A DNA stretch of 64,000 bases, taken from assembly GCA_963667725.2 (NCBI GenBank), contig CAXXHO010000003.1, positions 1,312,001 through 1,376,000 of the forward strand. The letters are read 5' to 3'. The position numbers and the translations under genes are program-made. Numbering within the stretch: position 1 is the first letter of the stretch; every line of letters starts with the position of its first letter. Below are positions 1 to 9,308 of the stretch, in pieces. The stretch is from Treponemataceae bacterium (GTDB lineage Bacteria; Spirochaetota; Spirochaetia; Treponematales; Rectinemataceae). The notes beneath the pieces are model-generated. The model ran no database searches and was not told the DNA's origin. It saw only the letters and a program-made list of their open reading frames with translations.

Positions 1-20
1 ACAAGTTCGTTGAAATACAT
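1..20 (-). CDS. 5' end of a gene running off the window (MYFNEL...), possibly a DEAD-box helicase
   Basis: ATG at 20 preceded by GGAG; MxFxEL resembles DEAD-box N-termini, but only 6 codons are visible. Confidence 0.3.
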
Positions 21-67
21 GGCTCCATAATAGTGCAAAAGCCGAGGAAACAAAAGCGTGATCTTCC

Positions 68-96
68 TTGACCATAGCATCCTGCGCGGATATGAT
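68..96 (+). promoter_or_regulatory. sigma70-type promoter of the aro operon
   Basis: TTGACC-N17-TATGAT upstream of aroF. Confidence 0.7.
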
Positions 97-166
97 CGTT
101 GTTACTCTTCGGAGGAGCATAAGTATAGCCGGGACGGAATGAATCCAGGCGCCGGAGTATTATTTC

Positions 167-1078
167 ATGAAAAATCTCAAGCTCGTAGCGGCACGACCTG
201 ATTTCAGCCGCAGCATCATCAATGTTCAGGGCGTCGAATTCGGCAGAGGCTTCGTCGTAATAGCCGGCCCCTGCTCGGTGGAGACGGAAAAGCAGACCAT
301 CGAGACCGCCATCGCCGTGAAAAAAGCAGGGGCACTGATGCTCCGCGGCGGAGCCTTCAAGCCGAGAACCTCTCCCTATGCTTTTCAAGGACTCGGGCTC
401 AAGGGGCTCAAGATACTGGACAAGGCAAAAAAAGAGACAGGCCTGCCGATCGTGACTGAGGTCGTCGATACGAGGGATGTGTCCTGGGTCGGCGAATATG
501 CCGATATCCTCCAGATTGGCGCGCGAAACATGCAGAACTTTTCCCTCCTGAGGGAAGTCGGCAAATCTGGCAAGCCTATACTCCTCAAACGCGGAATGTA
601 TTCCACCCTTGAAGAATGGCTCAACTGCGCCGAGTATATCCTCGCCGAAGGCAATCCCAACGTCATTCTCTGCGAACGCGGAATCAGGACTTTCGAAACC
701 TATACGAGAAATACCCTGGATTTATCGATGGTACCCGCCGTCCACAAGGAAACCCACCTCCCGATCATTGTCGATCCCAGTCACGGAACGGGGATCCTCT
801 CCATGATCGAGCCGATGAGCCTAGCAGCCCTGATGGCCGGCGCCAACGGACTGGAAATCGAGGTGCACATCGATCCGGAAAGCGCCCTGAGCGACAAGGA
901 CCAGCAGCTCACGGTTCCGCAGTTCGAAAAGCTCATGAGAAAGCTGGATAGGGCAAAAGCCTTCCTGGACAGCCTGGACGCGGAATTTGCCGACAAGGCG
1001 AGCGGGAACGGCGGAGGCGACGCCGACAAGACCGATGATGGCAGTGAAGCGAAAATATTCGCCGACGCGGTCGACTGA
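167..1078 (+). CDS. aroF: 3-deoxy-7-phosphoheptulonate (DAHP) synthase, class I-beta
   Basis: [44 protein letters not shown] motifs. Confidence 0.95.
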   Translation: MKNLKLVAARPDFSRSIINVQGVEFGRGFVVIAGPCSVETEKQTIETAIAVKKAGALMLRGGAFKPRTSPYAFQGLGLKGLKILDKAKKETGLPIVTEVVDTRDVSWVGEYADILQIGARNMQNFSLLREVGKSGKPILLKRGMYSTLEEWLNCAEYILAEGNPNVILCERGIRTFETYTRNTLDLSMVPAVHKETHLPIIVDPSHGTGILSMIEPMSLAALMAGANGLEIEVHIDPESALSDKDQQLTVPQFEKLMRKLDRAKAFLDSLDAEFADKASGNGGGDADKTDDGSEAKIFADAVD

Positions 1079-1088
1079 AGGTAGTTTC

Positions 1089-2231
1089 GTGGACAAACCC
1101 CAAAACAGAGCGATGCTCGATACCATCTCTTTCCGCGGCATTGACCAAATAGGCCAGTCCATCGATACGTCCAAAACCTTGATCGTCACCGACCGAAAGA
1201 TACAGTCCCTTTTCGGATCGTCCTTCCCGGATTGTCGCTTTGCCCTCATTCCCGAAGGCGAATCCGCAAAATCCTGGGAAACGCTTTTGGAGCTTTACGG
1301 ATGCTGCGCCGACCTCGAGGTGGATCGGAACTGGAACATCCTCGCGATAGGCGGGGGCAGCGTGAGCGATATCGCGGGATTCCTATCCCACACATGGATG
1401 CGCGGGATAGGATTTTCCGTCGTTCCCACTACCCTTCTGGCCATGACCGACGCGGCCCTGGGCGGAAAAAACGGGCTGGACTTCAAGGGCTACAAGAATG
1501 TCGTGGGATCCTTCCAGCTCCCCGCCAATATTTTCTGCGATATAGAAACGCTGAGAACACTCGACGCGCAGCAGTTCGCTTCGGGCATGGCGGAAGTGAT
1601 AAAGCACGCCATTATCGACGGAGAAAATTATTTTTCCTTTCTCGAAAAGGCTCTTCCACCCAAGAAAGACGGAGCCAGCGCCAAAATGGAGAACGAAGCA
1701 GCCGGCTCTCCCTGCTTCGATCATGCCGCTTGCCCATCCTCCCTGCTCCTGCATATGGTTTCGGAGTCCCAACGCGTCAAACTTTCCATCGTCGAAAGAG
1801 ACCCGAAGGAATCGGGGGAACGCAGGATACTGAACCTCGGACACACCTTCGGCCATGCCGTGGAGCTCGTCTCGGGCATTCCGCACGGTTACGCGGTATC
1901 GATCGGCATCGCCCTCGCCTGTTTTTTTTCCCTAAAGCGGAACGAGATGAAGCCTGTCGTCGCGCGGCGCATCCTGAACCTCCTCGGCGGCTATGGACTT
2001 CCCGTCGATCCGGGATCTCTCGCTTTCGAAGCGGGAAGGATCGTCCCCGCCGGCTTGAGACCGAACGCGAGAAAAGACTATTGGGGAAGGGTGGCGGACG
2101 CGCTTTTCATGGACAAAAAGAGGGAGGGCGGTTACATGAACCTCGTCATCCCTCAGAATATAGGTGTCGTAAAAATTGAAAAAATTGAAATCGACGAACT
2201 CAAGGCTTTTCTGGACGAGGTGACGCGGTGA
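1089..2231 (+). CDS. aroB: 3-dehydroquinate synthase
   Basis: GGGSVSDIAGF, PTTLLAMTDAALGGKNG, LNLGHTFGHAVE, HGYAV; start GTG 1089 (alternative ATG 1113). Confidence 0.92.
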   Translation: MDKPQNRAMLDTISFRGIDQIGQSIDTSKTLIVTDRKIQSLFGSSFPDCRFALIPEGESAKSWETLLELYGCCADLEVDRNWNILAIGGGSVSDIAGFLSHTWMRGIGFSVVPTTLLAMTDAALGGKNGLDFKGYKNVVGSFQLPANIFCDIETLRTLDAQQFASGMAEVIKHAIIDGENYFSFLEKALPPKKDGASAKMENEAAGSPCFDHAACPSSLLLHMVSESQRVKLSIVERDPKESGERRILNLGHTFGHAVELVSGIPHGYAVSIGIALACFFSLKRNEMKPVVARRILNLLGGYGLPVDPGSLAFEAGRIVPAGLRPNARKDYWGRVADALFMDKKREGGYMNLVIPQNIGVVKIEKIEIDELKAFLDEVTR

Positions 2232-3241
2232 ACAGATTCGGAAGGATTTTCAGGGTCGAGCTTTTCGGGGAATCGCACGGCAGGGAAATCGGCGCCATCA
2301 TAGACGGCTGCCCGGCCGGGATTTCGCTCTCCGAAGAGGATTTCGAGGCAGATTTATCCCGACGGCGCTCGGGGCTCGCGGGCACTACGCCAAGAAGGGA
2401 ACAGGACGTACCCCGCATTCTTTCAGGCATCTACGAAGGCCATAGTTCAGGTTCGCCGATCTGCGTTTCCTTTCCCAACGAGGATACGCGGTCAAAGGAT
2501 TACGAACTTTTCGCGGCCGTCCCAAGGCCGGGTCACGCCGATTTCACCTCCCGGCACAAGTACGGAGGATTTGCTGACCCCCGCGGCTCTGGTCATTTTT
2601 CCGGCCGCATCACCGCGGGCCTCGTGGCCGCGGGCGTCATAGCCAAAAAAGTCCTGGGATCCGCCGTGTTCGATACGAAAATCCTGTCAGCCGGAGGCAG
2701 GCGGGACATTGAATCCTGCATCGCGGAGGCTGCCTCGCAGGACGATTCCGTCGGAGCCATCGTCGAAACCAGGGTCTCCGGTCTGCCGGTAGGCCTTGGT
2801 GAGCCCTTTTTCGATGCCTGCGAAAGCCTCATAGCCCACGCGGTATTCGCGGTGCCCGGCATACGCGGCGTGGAATTCGGCGACGGATTCGCCGCCGCGG
2901 CCATGAGGGGAAGCGCGCACAATGATCCCTTCGTCGACGCGAAAGGAACTACGCTCAGAAACGGATCCGGAGGCATCAACGGCGGCATAACCAACGGCAA
3001 CGAGCTAGTGGTAAGGGCGGCCGTAAAGCCCACTTCCTCGATAGCCGCGCCGCAGAAAACCTTCGACTTCGAACGGGGCCGCATGACGGAACTCGTCGTC
3101 GAAGGCCGCCACGACGCGTGCATCGCGCTGCGAAGCGCCGTTGTCATCGAAGCGGCGATCGCCATCGCCCTGGCCGATCTCTCGCTGGCCGCGGCGGCCA
3201 GCGCACCCAGAAAAAACGAAAATGACCGGAGGAAACCATGA
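2228..3241 (+). CDS. aroC: chorismate synthase
   Basis: GESHG, PRPGHAD, GGINGGITNG, KPTSSI, GRHDAC. Confidence 0.95.
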   Translation: MNRFGRIFRVELFGESHGREIGAIIDGCPAGISLSEEDFEADLSRRRSGLAGTTPRREQDVPRILSGIYEGHSSGSPICVSFPNEDTRSKDYELFAAVPRPGHADFTSRHKYGGFADPRGSGHFSGRITAGLVAAGVIAKKVLGSAVFDTKILSAGGRRDIESCIAEAASQDDSVGAIVETRVSGLPVGLGEPFFDACESLIAHAVFAVPGIRGVEFGDGFAAAAMRGSAHNDPFVDAKGTTLRNGSGGINGGITNGNELVVRAAVKPTSSIAAPQKTFDFERGRMTELVVEGRHDACIALRSAVVIEAAIAIALADLSLAAAASAPRKNENDRRKP

Positions 3242-4290
3242 AACTAGACGATCTGCGTCTCGACATCGACAAGATCGATGCCAAAATCCTGTCCCTGCTC
3301 AATGAAAGAATGGAAAAGGCGATGCTCACCAAGAAATTCAAGACCGGCATCGTCGACAAATCGCGCGAGGACGCCGTACTCGACAAGATCCGGCGTTCGA
3401 GCCACTGTCTCGTCGAACCTAAGTTCTCGGTCGATATCTATTCATTCATAATGTCGGAGAGCAAACGCCTTCAGTCGATGAATTTCAAGACGCTGGGATT
3501 CCAGGGAGAACACGGCGCCTATAGCGAAGTCGCCGCCAGGGCTCTCATGCCCCAGAGCGCGATGATGCCCTGCAGGGAATTCAGCGACGTATTCGAATCG
3601 GTAGCATCGGGCCTTTTCGACTACGGAATCGTCCCTGTCGAAAATACTCTTGGCGGTCTTGTTGGACCTGTTAATTCCATCCTCATCTATACCAATCTCA
3701 AGATCATCGCCGCCATCGATATGCCCGTAAAACACAGCCTCCTCTGCGTTCCCGGAGCCGATCACAGAGAGCTCCGCCACGTGTGGTCGCATTCCCAGGC
3801 GCTCGCCCAGTGCAGGAATTTCATCGCTCGCAACAATCTTGAACCGGTCCAGTACTATGATACGGCCGGAGCCGCCAAGGCGATAGCCGAGACGAGACCC
3901 AAAGGCGTGGCCGCGATAGCCAGCAAGTTCTGCGCCGACCTCTACGGCCTCGAGATCATCAAGGAAGACATACAGGATTCCGTCAATAATAGAACCCGTT
4001 TCTTCGTCCTTGCCCTGGAAGATTCGGCCGAAGACGGCGACAAGTGTTCAGCGGTCTTCACGGCCGGCGACAAGGCCGGCTCGCTCTTCTCCGTGCTCAA
4101 GGTATTCGCGGACGCGTCCATCAACCTGACGAGAATCGAGTCGGTACCGGATACGCCGGGCAAATACGCCATATTCATCGATTTTGAAGGTTCCAGCAGG
4201 AACGCGAAAGTCGCCGAGGCAATCAAGAGAGTCTCGGGAGCGGCCGAAGACTTCAAGGTACTGGGCTGTTACAAGGAAACGAGGCTCTAG
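3238..4290 (+). CDS. pheA: bifunctional chorismate mutase/prephenate dehydratase
   Basis: N-terminal LDDLRLDIDKID chorismate mutase domain; GAYSE, PVENT, SHSQALAQC, NRTRF; C-terminal ACT domain. Confidence 0.93.
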   Translation: MKLDDLRLDIDKIDAKILSLLNERMEKAMLTKKFKTGIVDKSREDAVLDKIRRSSHCLVEPKFSVDIYSFIMSESKRLQSMNFKTLGFQGEHGAYSEVAARALMPQSAMMPCREFSDVFESVASGLFDYGIVPVENTLGGLVGPVNSILIYTNLKIIAAIDMPVKHSLLCVPGADHRELRHVWSHSQALAQCRNFIARNNLEPVQYYDTAGAAKAIAETRPKGVAAIASKFCADLYGLEIIKEDIQDSVNNRTRFFVLALEDSAEDGDKCSAVFTAGDKAGSLFSVLKVFADASINLTRIESVPDTPGKYAIFIDFEGSSRNAKVAEAIKRVSGAAEDFKVLGCYKETRL

Positions 4291-4291
4291 C

Positions 4292-5068
4292 ATGAAAATA
4301 TTCATACTGGGAACGGGCAGGATGGGAGCCTGGCTAAGCGAGGAGCTTTGCTGGAATCACGAAGTGTGGGTGCACGATACCGATCCGCTGAAGATGAAGT
4401 ATTTCATGAAGGTCAACAGAATCCTGGATCTGGGCGAACTCGACGCGGTGAAACCCGAACTCTTCATCAACTGCGTCGCTCTTGGCGGAACAACCGAAGC
4501 CTTCGATGCCGTCATCCCCCATATTCCCGAGAGATGCATTCTGGCTGACATCGCCTCCGTCAAGGGAGATCTCAAGGATTATTATGAAAAGCTGGGCAGA
4601 CCCTTTGTCTCGAGCCACCCTATGTTCGGACCGACGGGCGCCAATATCCGCGATCTCCACGACGAAAGCGCCATAATCATCTCGGAATCCTGCGAGAAGG
4701 GAAAGGCGTTTTTCAGGGAGCTCTATGCTTCGCTCAAAATACGCATCTTCGATTATAGCTTCGAGGAACACGACAAGACGGTAGCGTATTCCCTCGCTAC
4801 GCCTTTCGCCTCCACCATGGTATTCGCGGCATGCATGAAAAAACAGGACGCTCCCGGCACCAATTTCAAGCGCCATATGACGATAGCGAAAGGACTTCTC
4901 TCGGAAGACGACAGACTCCTTACGGAAATCATGTTCAACAATTATACGATCCGCCAAATCGAACTCATCAATTCAAAGCTCGCCTACCTGTCGCATATCA
5001 TCCGCCAGCGCGATTATGATGAAATGAAAAAATTCCTCGACACGCTCCGCACGAACATCGCCGACTAA
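4292..5068 (+). CDS. tyrA: prephenate dehydrogenase
   Basis: GTGRMG Rossmann motif, DIASVK, HPMFGP, EEHD; ATG directly after the pheA stop. Confidence 0.9.
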   Translation: MKIFILGTGRMGAWLSEELCWNHEVWVHDTDPLKMKYFMKVNRILDLGELDAVKPELFINCVALGGTTEAFDAVIPHIPERCILADIASVKGDLKDYYEKLGRPFVSSHPMFGPTGANIRDLHDESAIIISESCEKGKAFFRELYASLKIRIFDYSFEEHDKTVAYSLATPFASTMVFAACMKKQDAPGTNFKRHMTIAKGLLSEDDRLLTEIMFNNYTIRQIELINSKLAYLSHIIRQRDYDEMKKFLDTLRTNIAD

Positions 5069-6342
5069 CCGCTGATCGAGGACAAGTCCTCGAAGAAATT
5101 CGGCCAGGACTTGGAAACGCACTCGCTTCCATGGATCTCGATGCCGCCCTTGGCTCCAAGGGCGGCGACGGCGGCCGCCATGGCCAGGCGATGATCTCCG
5201 AAGGCGTGGACCTCCCCGCCTTGGGTCTCCCCGCCTTTCACTAACATCGAATCTCCTTCCAGGCGCACGGAAACGCCAAGGGTCTCAAACATCGCTTTAA
5301 GGCTCGCCGCTCTGTCGCTTTCCTTGCCGCGCAGCCTATGAATGCCATGAAGGACGGATGTGCCGACGCATGCTGAGGCCAAGGTGACCAGGGGCGGGAA
5401 AAGGTCGGGACAATCGGTTGCGTCGAACTCGAAGGCATCGAGGCGCTCGCGGCTCACGGTCAAGACGTTGTTTTCCATCGCAAGCGACGCGCCCGCGGCC
5501 CTTGCGGCATCCACGACCGCCTTGTCGGGCTGACTCGAATCCAGCCGCAGCCCCCTGATCGCGAGTCCCGATTCCCCGGCCGCGATGGCCGCGGCTACGA
5601 TGAGGAAGGCCGCTCCGCTCCAGTCTCCTTCCACCTTGAATTCGGCGGACTTGTAGCTTTGTCCTCTTTTTATCCAAAACCTGGAATAATCCTCGTTCCT
5701 TTCAATGCTGACGCCGAAGGCCGCGCAGGTACCTATGGTGAGGTCGAGATAGCCTTTGCTGACGGCATGAAGGACTTCCAGTTCCGAATCGCGCGGCGCG
5801 AGCGGGAGGGCGATGAGAAGGCCCGTAAGAAGCTGGGAACTTTCGCCGGCGTCTATTTCCGCGTTTCCGCCCGCGAGTGGTCCCTTGATAAAAAGCGGGG
5901 CATGGCCGCTAGAGCTCGCGCATTCGACGCCCAGCGCCTTCAAGGGACCTTCCACCATTCCCATGGGACGGCCGGCGAGAGACCCTCGCCCGTTCAGCCT
6001 CGTGGCTGAACCCAGAAGCGCCGCTATCGGCGAGAACATGCGCATGCAGAGTCCCGATTCCCCGCAGTCCAGCTCTAGCTCGCCTTGGGCGGCCTTTCCG
6101 GAGCCATCGGCAAAAAGCGGCGAACCTTCGATCGAAACGACGCTTCCGTCGATCCGGATAGAAGCGCCCAGACCCCTCGCCAGGCGCAGCGCCGACTCCG
6201 AATCGGCGCAGAGTTCGGCGCCGCGAAGGACGCTCCTTCCCCTGGCCAGCATCGCGCATGCCACGGCTCTCTGCATCGAACTCTTCGACGCCGGGGCGTC
6301 TATGATTCCGGAAATAGTATTCTTTTCGCAGCGGCGTATCAT
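5065..6342 (-). CDS. aroA: 3-phosphoshikimate 1-carboxyvinyltransferase (EPSP synthase)
   Basis: PASKS, DCGESG, SSQLLTGLL, EGDWS, LRGKESDR, DHRLAM. Confidence 0.95.
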   Translation of the reverse strand: MIRRCEKNTISGIIDAPASKSSMQRAVACAMLARGRSVLRGAELCADSESALRLARGLGASIRIDGSVVSIEGSPLFADGSGKAAQGELELDCGESGLCMRMFSPIAALLGSATRLNGRGSLAGRPMGMVEGPLKALGVECASSSGHAPLFIKGPLAGGNAEIDAGESSQLLTGLLIALPLAPRDSELEVLHAVSKGYLDLTIGTCAAFGVSIERNEDYSRFWIKRGQSYKSAEFKVEGDWSGAAFLIVAAAIAAGESGLAIRGLRLDSSQPDKAVVDAARAAGASLAMENNVLTVSRERLDAFEFDATDCPDLFPPLVTLASACVGTSVLHGIHRLRGKESDRAASLKAMFETLGVSVRLEGDSMLVKGGETQGGEVHAFGDHRLAMAAAVAALGAKGGIEIHGSECVSKSWPNFFEDLSSISG

Positions 6343-6448
6343 CGGATTATATTCCCCTTACGGTCATGCGTGGCGTTGTTAAGTCGCCCGTGTCAGATCA
6401 CTATACCAGATCATTAGGCATTTATGCATTCCCGGGCTGCGGATGCGT

Positions 6449-6485
6449 AAAAAAAGAGCCGATCGCTTATCGCGACCGGCTCTTT
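6449..6485 (-). terminator. intrinsic terminator of gdhA
   Basis: AAAGAGCCGGTCGC-GATAA-GCGATCGGCTCTTTTTTT hairpin plus U-run on the minus strand. Confidence 0.75.
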
Positions 6486-6540
6486 CTATTTAGAAATCGG
6501 ATACTTCCGCCCAACTCAAAAAGAAGCATTCCGGCTGGAA

Positions 6541-7887
6541 TCAGACGAGACCCTGGGCGAGCATCGCCTCGGCGACTTTCTGGAATCCGGCGATGTTGGC
6601 GCCGACGACATAGTTGCCGTCGAAACCATACCTGGCCGCCGTTTCCGCGCAGGTCTTGTGGATCTGGACCATGATGGCGTGGAGTTTGTCGTCCACTTCT
6701 TCAGCCGTCCAGTTGAGTCTCATGGAGTTCTGTGTCATCTCAATGCCTGAAGTCGCGACGCCGCCCGCGTTCGCGGCCTTGCCGGGCGCGAAGGGAATCT
6801 TTTTCTCGACATAGAGCTTCCAAGCTTCGGGAGTGCAGCCCATATTGCTCACTTCGACGACGGTCATGACGCCGTTGGCGATCAGGAGCTTCGCGTCCTC
6901 GCCGTTCATCTCGTTCTGGATGGCGCAGGGCATGGCGATGTCGACCTTCTGAATCCAGGGTTTCTTGCCGGCGACGAACTTGGCCTTGGGGAATTTCTTG
7001 GCGTAAGTTTCGCACTTATTCCTGTCGATGACGAGCATTTCCTTGAGATAGTCCCACTTTTCCTCGGTGCCGATGCCGTCGGGATCGAAGATGTAGCCGT
7101 CGGGGCCGGAGATGGTCACGACCTTGGCGCCGAGCTGGCTGGCTTTCACGCAGACGCCCCAGGCCACGTTTCCGAAACCGGAAACGGCGATGGTCTTGCC
7201 CGCTATGCTGTCGTTCTTGAGCTTGAGCATTTCCTTGAGGAAATAGGTGGCGCCGAAACCGGTGGCTTCGGGACGGACAAGGGATCCGCCGAAGGACATG
7301 CCCTTGCCGGTGAGAACGCCGGTGAACTCGTTGGCGAGTCTCTTGTACTGGCCGAAGAGATACCCTACTTCCCTGCCGCCGACGCCGATGTCGCCGGCCG
7401 GAACGTCGGTGTCCGGACCTATGTGGCGGAAGAGTTCGGTCATGAAGCTCTGGCAGAAACGCATGATCTCGTTATCGCTCTTGCCGTTCGGATCGAAGTC
7501 GGAGCCGCCCTTGCCGCCGCCCATGGGAAGGCCTGTGAGGCTGTTCTTGAAGGTCTGCTCGAAACCGAGGAACTTGAGCGTTGAAAGCGTGACTTTCGGA
7601 TGGAAGCGAAGACCGCCCTTGTAGGGGCCGATCGCGGAGTTGAACTGGACTCTGTAGCCGCGGTTGATATGGTATTCGCCCTTATCGTCAACCCAGGGAA
7701 CCCTGAACATAATGGTTCGCTCGGGCTCGACGATCCTCTCGAGGATCTTCTGGGCCTTGTATTTTGGCTCAGCTTCGATGACCGGAGCGATGGACTCGAG
7801 GACTTCTTCGGCAGCCTGGAGAAACTCGGTTTCCCAAGGACAACGTGCGCGCAGGTCATCGAGAACTTGTTTTATGTAGGAATTCAT
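6541..7887 (-). CDS. gdhA: NADP-specific glutamate dehydrogenase
   Basis: GPYKGGLRFHP, GGGKGG, DVPAGDIGVG, RPEATGFG, GFGNV; AGGAGG RBS before ATG 7887. Confidence 0.96.
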   Translation of the reverse strand: MNSYIKQVLDDLRARCPWETEFLQAAEEVLESIAPVIEAEPKYKAQKILERIVEPERTIMFRVPWVDDKGEYHINRGYRVQFNSAIGPYKGGLRFHPKVTLSTLKFLGFEQTFKNSLTGLPMGGGKGGSDFDPNGKSDNEIMRFCQSFMTELFRHIGPDTDVPAGDIGVGGREVGYLFGQYKRLANEFTGVLTGKGMSFGGSLVRPEATGFGATYFLKEMLKLKNDSIAGKTIAVSGFGNVAWGVCVKASQLGAKVVTISGPDGYIFDPDGIGTEEKWDYLKEMLVIDRNKCETYAKKFPKAKFVAGKKPWIQKVDIAMPCAIQNEMNGEDAKLLIANGVMTVVEVSNMGCTPEAWKLYVEKKIPFAPGKAANAGGVATSGIEMTQNSMRLNWTAEEVDDKLHAIMVQIHKTCAETAARYGFDGNYVVGANIAGFQKVAEAMLAQGLV

Positions 7888-7949
7888 TCGACCCTCCTTG
7901 TGGGTTTTTGGGGAAATTTTCATATCGCTGGTGATGTGTCAGCGGTTTT

Positions 7950-7978
7950 ATTCTATACCTGGTTATCGATTCCGGCAA
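7950..7978 (-). promoter_or_regulatory. sigma70-type promoter of gdhA
   Basis: TTGCCG-N17-TAGAAT on the minus strand. Confidence 0.6.
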
Positions 7979-8055
7979 GTAAAATTACATCTTGAAACGA
8001 TGTTTTAAATATTGAAACATTTGTGAATGAATATGCAGGTTTTTCATATGATAGT

Positions 8056-8859
8056 TCATTGCCCAGGCTCAACGCCCTTCTCGTTTTCCTCATCGTCCTT
8101 CAGGGACTTTTCGATTTTTACGGATAGTATCCTGTATGCTTCCATGGTCTGAATGGTGAAGATAGCCGCATCCGTCGCGATGCTCTCATTTTCGGTCGGG
8201 ATTCGGCCGAAAAGATCGAAAACATAGCCGGCGAGGCTGTCGAATTCTTGTTCGGAAAGGTCGATGCCTATCTTCTCGCTAACCTCGTCGAGATGAACGC
8301 GAGCGTCGCATAGCCATGTCCGCGGCCCCACCTGGATGACGTCCTCGGCTTCGTCGTCGTACTCATCCTGTATCTCGCCGACGATCTCCTCGATTATATC
8401 TTCCATGCAGACGATGCCCGAAGTCCCGCCGTATTCGTCCAGGACAACGGCGATATGCACTCTTCTTCGCTTGAATTCACGCAGGAGGCTGTCGATTCGT
8501 TTTGTTTCGGGCACGAAAAAGGGTTTGCGCGCCAAGGCGAGAATATTGATGTCCTGCTTATGGATGAGGGCGGCCATGACATCTTTGGCGTAGAGGATTC
8601 CGACGACATTGTCCATCGATTCTTTGTACACGGGAATGCGCGAGTGACCGGATTCGATCAGCGTGTCGAAAACCTCGCCCAAAGCGGCGTCCGAAGCGAT
8701 GAACACCGTGTCCGTGCGCGGAACCATCACTTCCTTGACCGTGGTTTCCGAGAGCTGTTCGACCCCTTCGATCATCTCCATCTGTTCTATGGCCTCGGGC
8801 TCGTCGCTTTTTCTGGGCTCCTGGCTTTTCTTTCCGAATAGGCTAAGAAAGGGACTCAC
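8056..8859 (-). CDS. CBS-pair/CorC_HlyC domain protein (CorC/TlyC-like)
   Basis: VKEVMVPR, HSRIPVY, VLDEYGGTSGIVCMEDIIEEIVGEIQDEYD. Confidence 0.9.
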   Translation of the reverse strand: MSPFLSLFGKKSQEPRKSDEPEAIEQMEMIEGVEQLSETTVKEVMVPRTDTVFIASDAALGEVFDTLIESGHSRIPVYKESMDNVVGILYAKDVMAALIHKQDINILALARKPFFVPETKRIDSLLREFKRRRVHIAVVLDEYGGTSGIVCMEDIIEEIVGEIQDEYDDEAEDVIQVGPRTWLCDARVHLDEVSEKIGIDLSEQEFDSLAGYVFDLFGRIPTENESIATDAAIFTIQTMEAYRILSVKIEKSLKDDEENEKGVEPGQ

Positions 8860-9308
8860 AGTATTCTTTCTCCCTGGACTGTTTTCAATATGGCTTCCTG
8901 CTCCACAAGCATCGGCTGGAGCGGGCTGTTGTCTTCGTGATCCATGCCTGACAGATGCAGAATACCATGGATTATAAGTCTTTTCAGCTCCTCGTCCCGG
9001 CTGACATCGAATTCTTCGGCGTTCCTGGCGAGAGATGGAATGCTGATGACAATGTCTCCAGCGATAAAAATAGTGTTGCCCTCTTCCTCGATGCTGTCAC
9101 CCATCGAGAAAGAGAGAACATCCGTCGCCTCGTCCTTGTTCCTGTAGTCGCGGTTCAGTGTTCTTATGAAATCATCGCCGCAGAATAGAAGCGACAGCAC
9201 CCAGTTGTCTTTTCCGATGGACTCAAGGGCGCGAAGGGCGAACGCTTCGGCCTTCCCGAGCCATGAAGGCTCCTCAATGTCTCGCCAATCGAGGCTGATC
9301 TTGTTCAT
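8856..9308 (-). CDS. ybeY: rRNA maturation endoribonuclease YbeY
   Basis: LNRDYRNKDEATDVLSF, HGILHLSGMDH. Confidence 0.95.
   Translation of the reverse strand: MNKISLDWRDIEEPSWLGKAEAFALRALESIGKDNWVLSLLFCGDDFIRTLNRDYRNKDEATDVLSFSMGDSIEEEGNTIFIAGDIVISIPSLARNAEEFDVSRDEELKRLIIHGILHLSGMDHEDNSPLQPMLVEQEAILKTVQGERIL

Noticed and set aside
139..201. u[23 protein letters not shown] overlapping the aroF start, as an attenuator peptide
   Set aside because: Only one aromatic codon, weak SD spacing and no terminator/antiterminator
1657..2045. Short hairpins in the aroB insertions as Rickettsia-like palindromic elements
   Set aside because: Stems are only about 8 bp and share no sequence with the other insertions; expected by chance in GC-rich DNA
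1232..2179. 315-aa Arg-rich alternative-frame ORF inside aroB
   Set aside because: Composition typical of off-frame reading in GC-rich DNA; no RBS or domain
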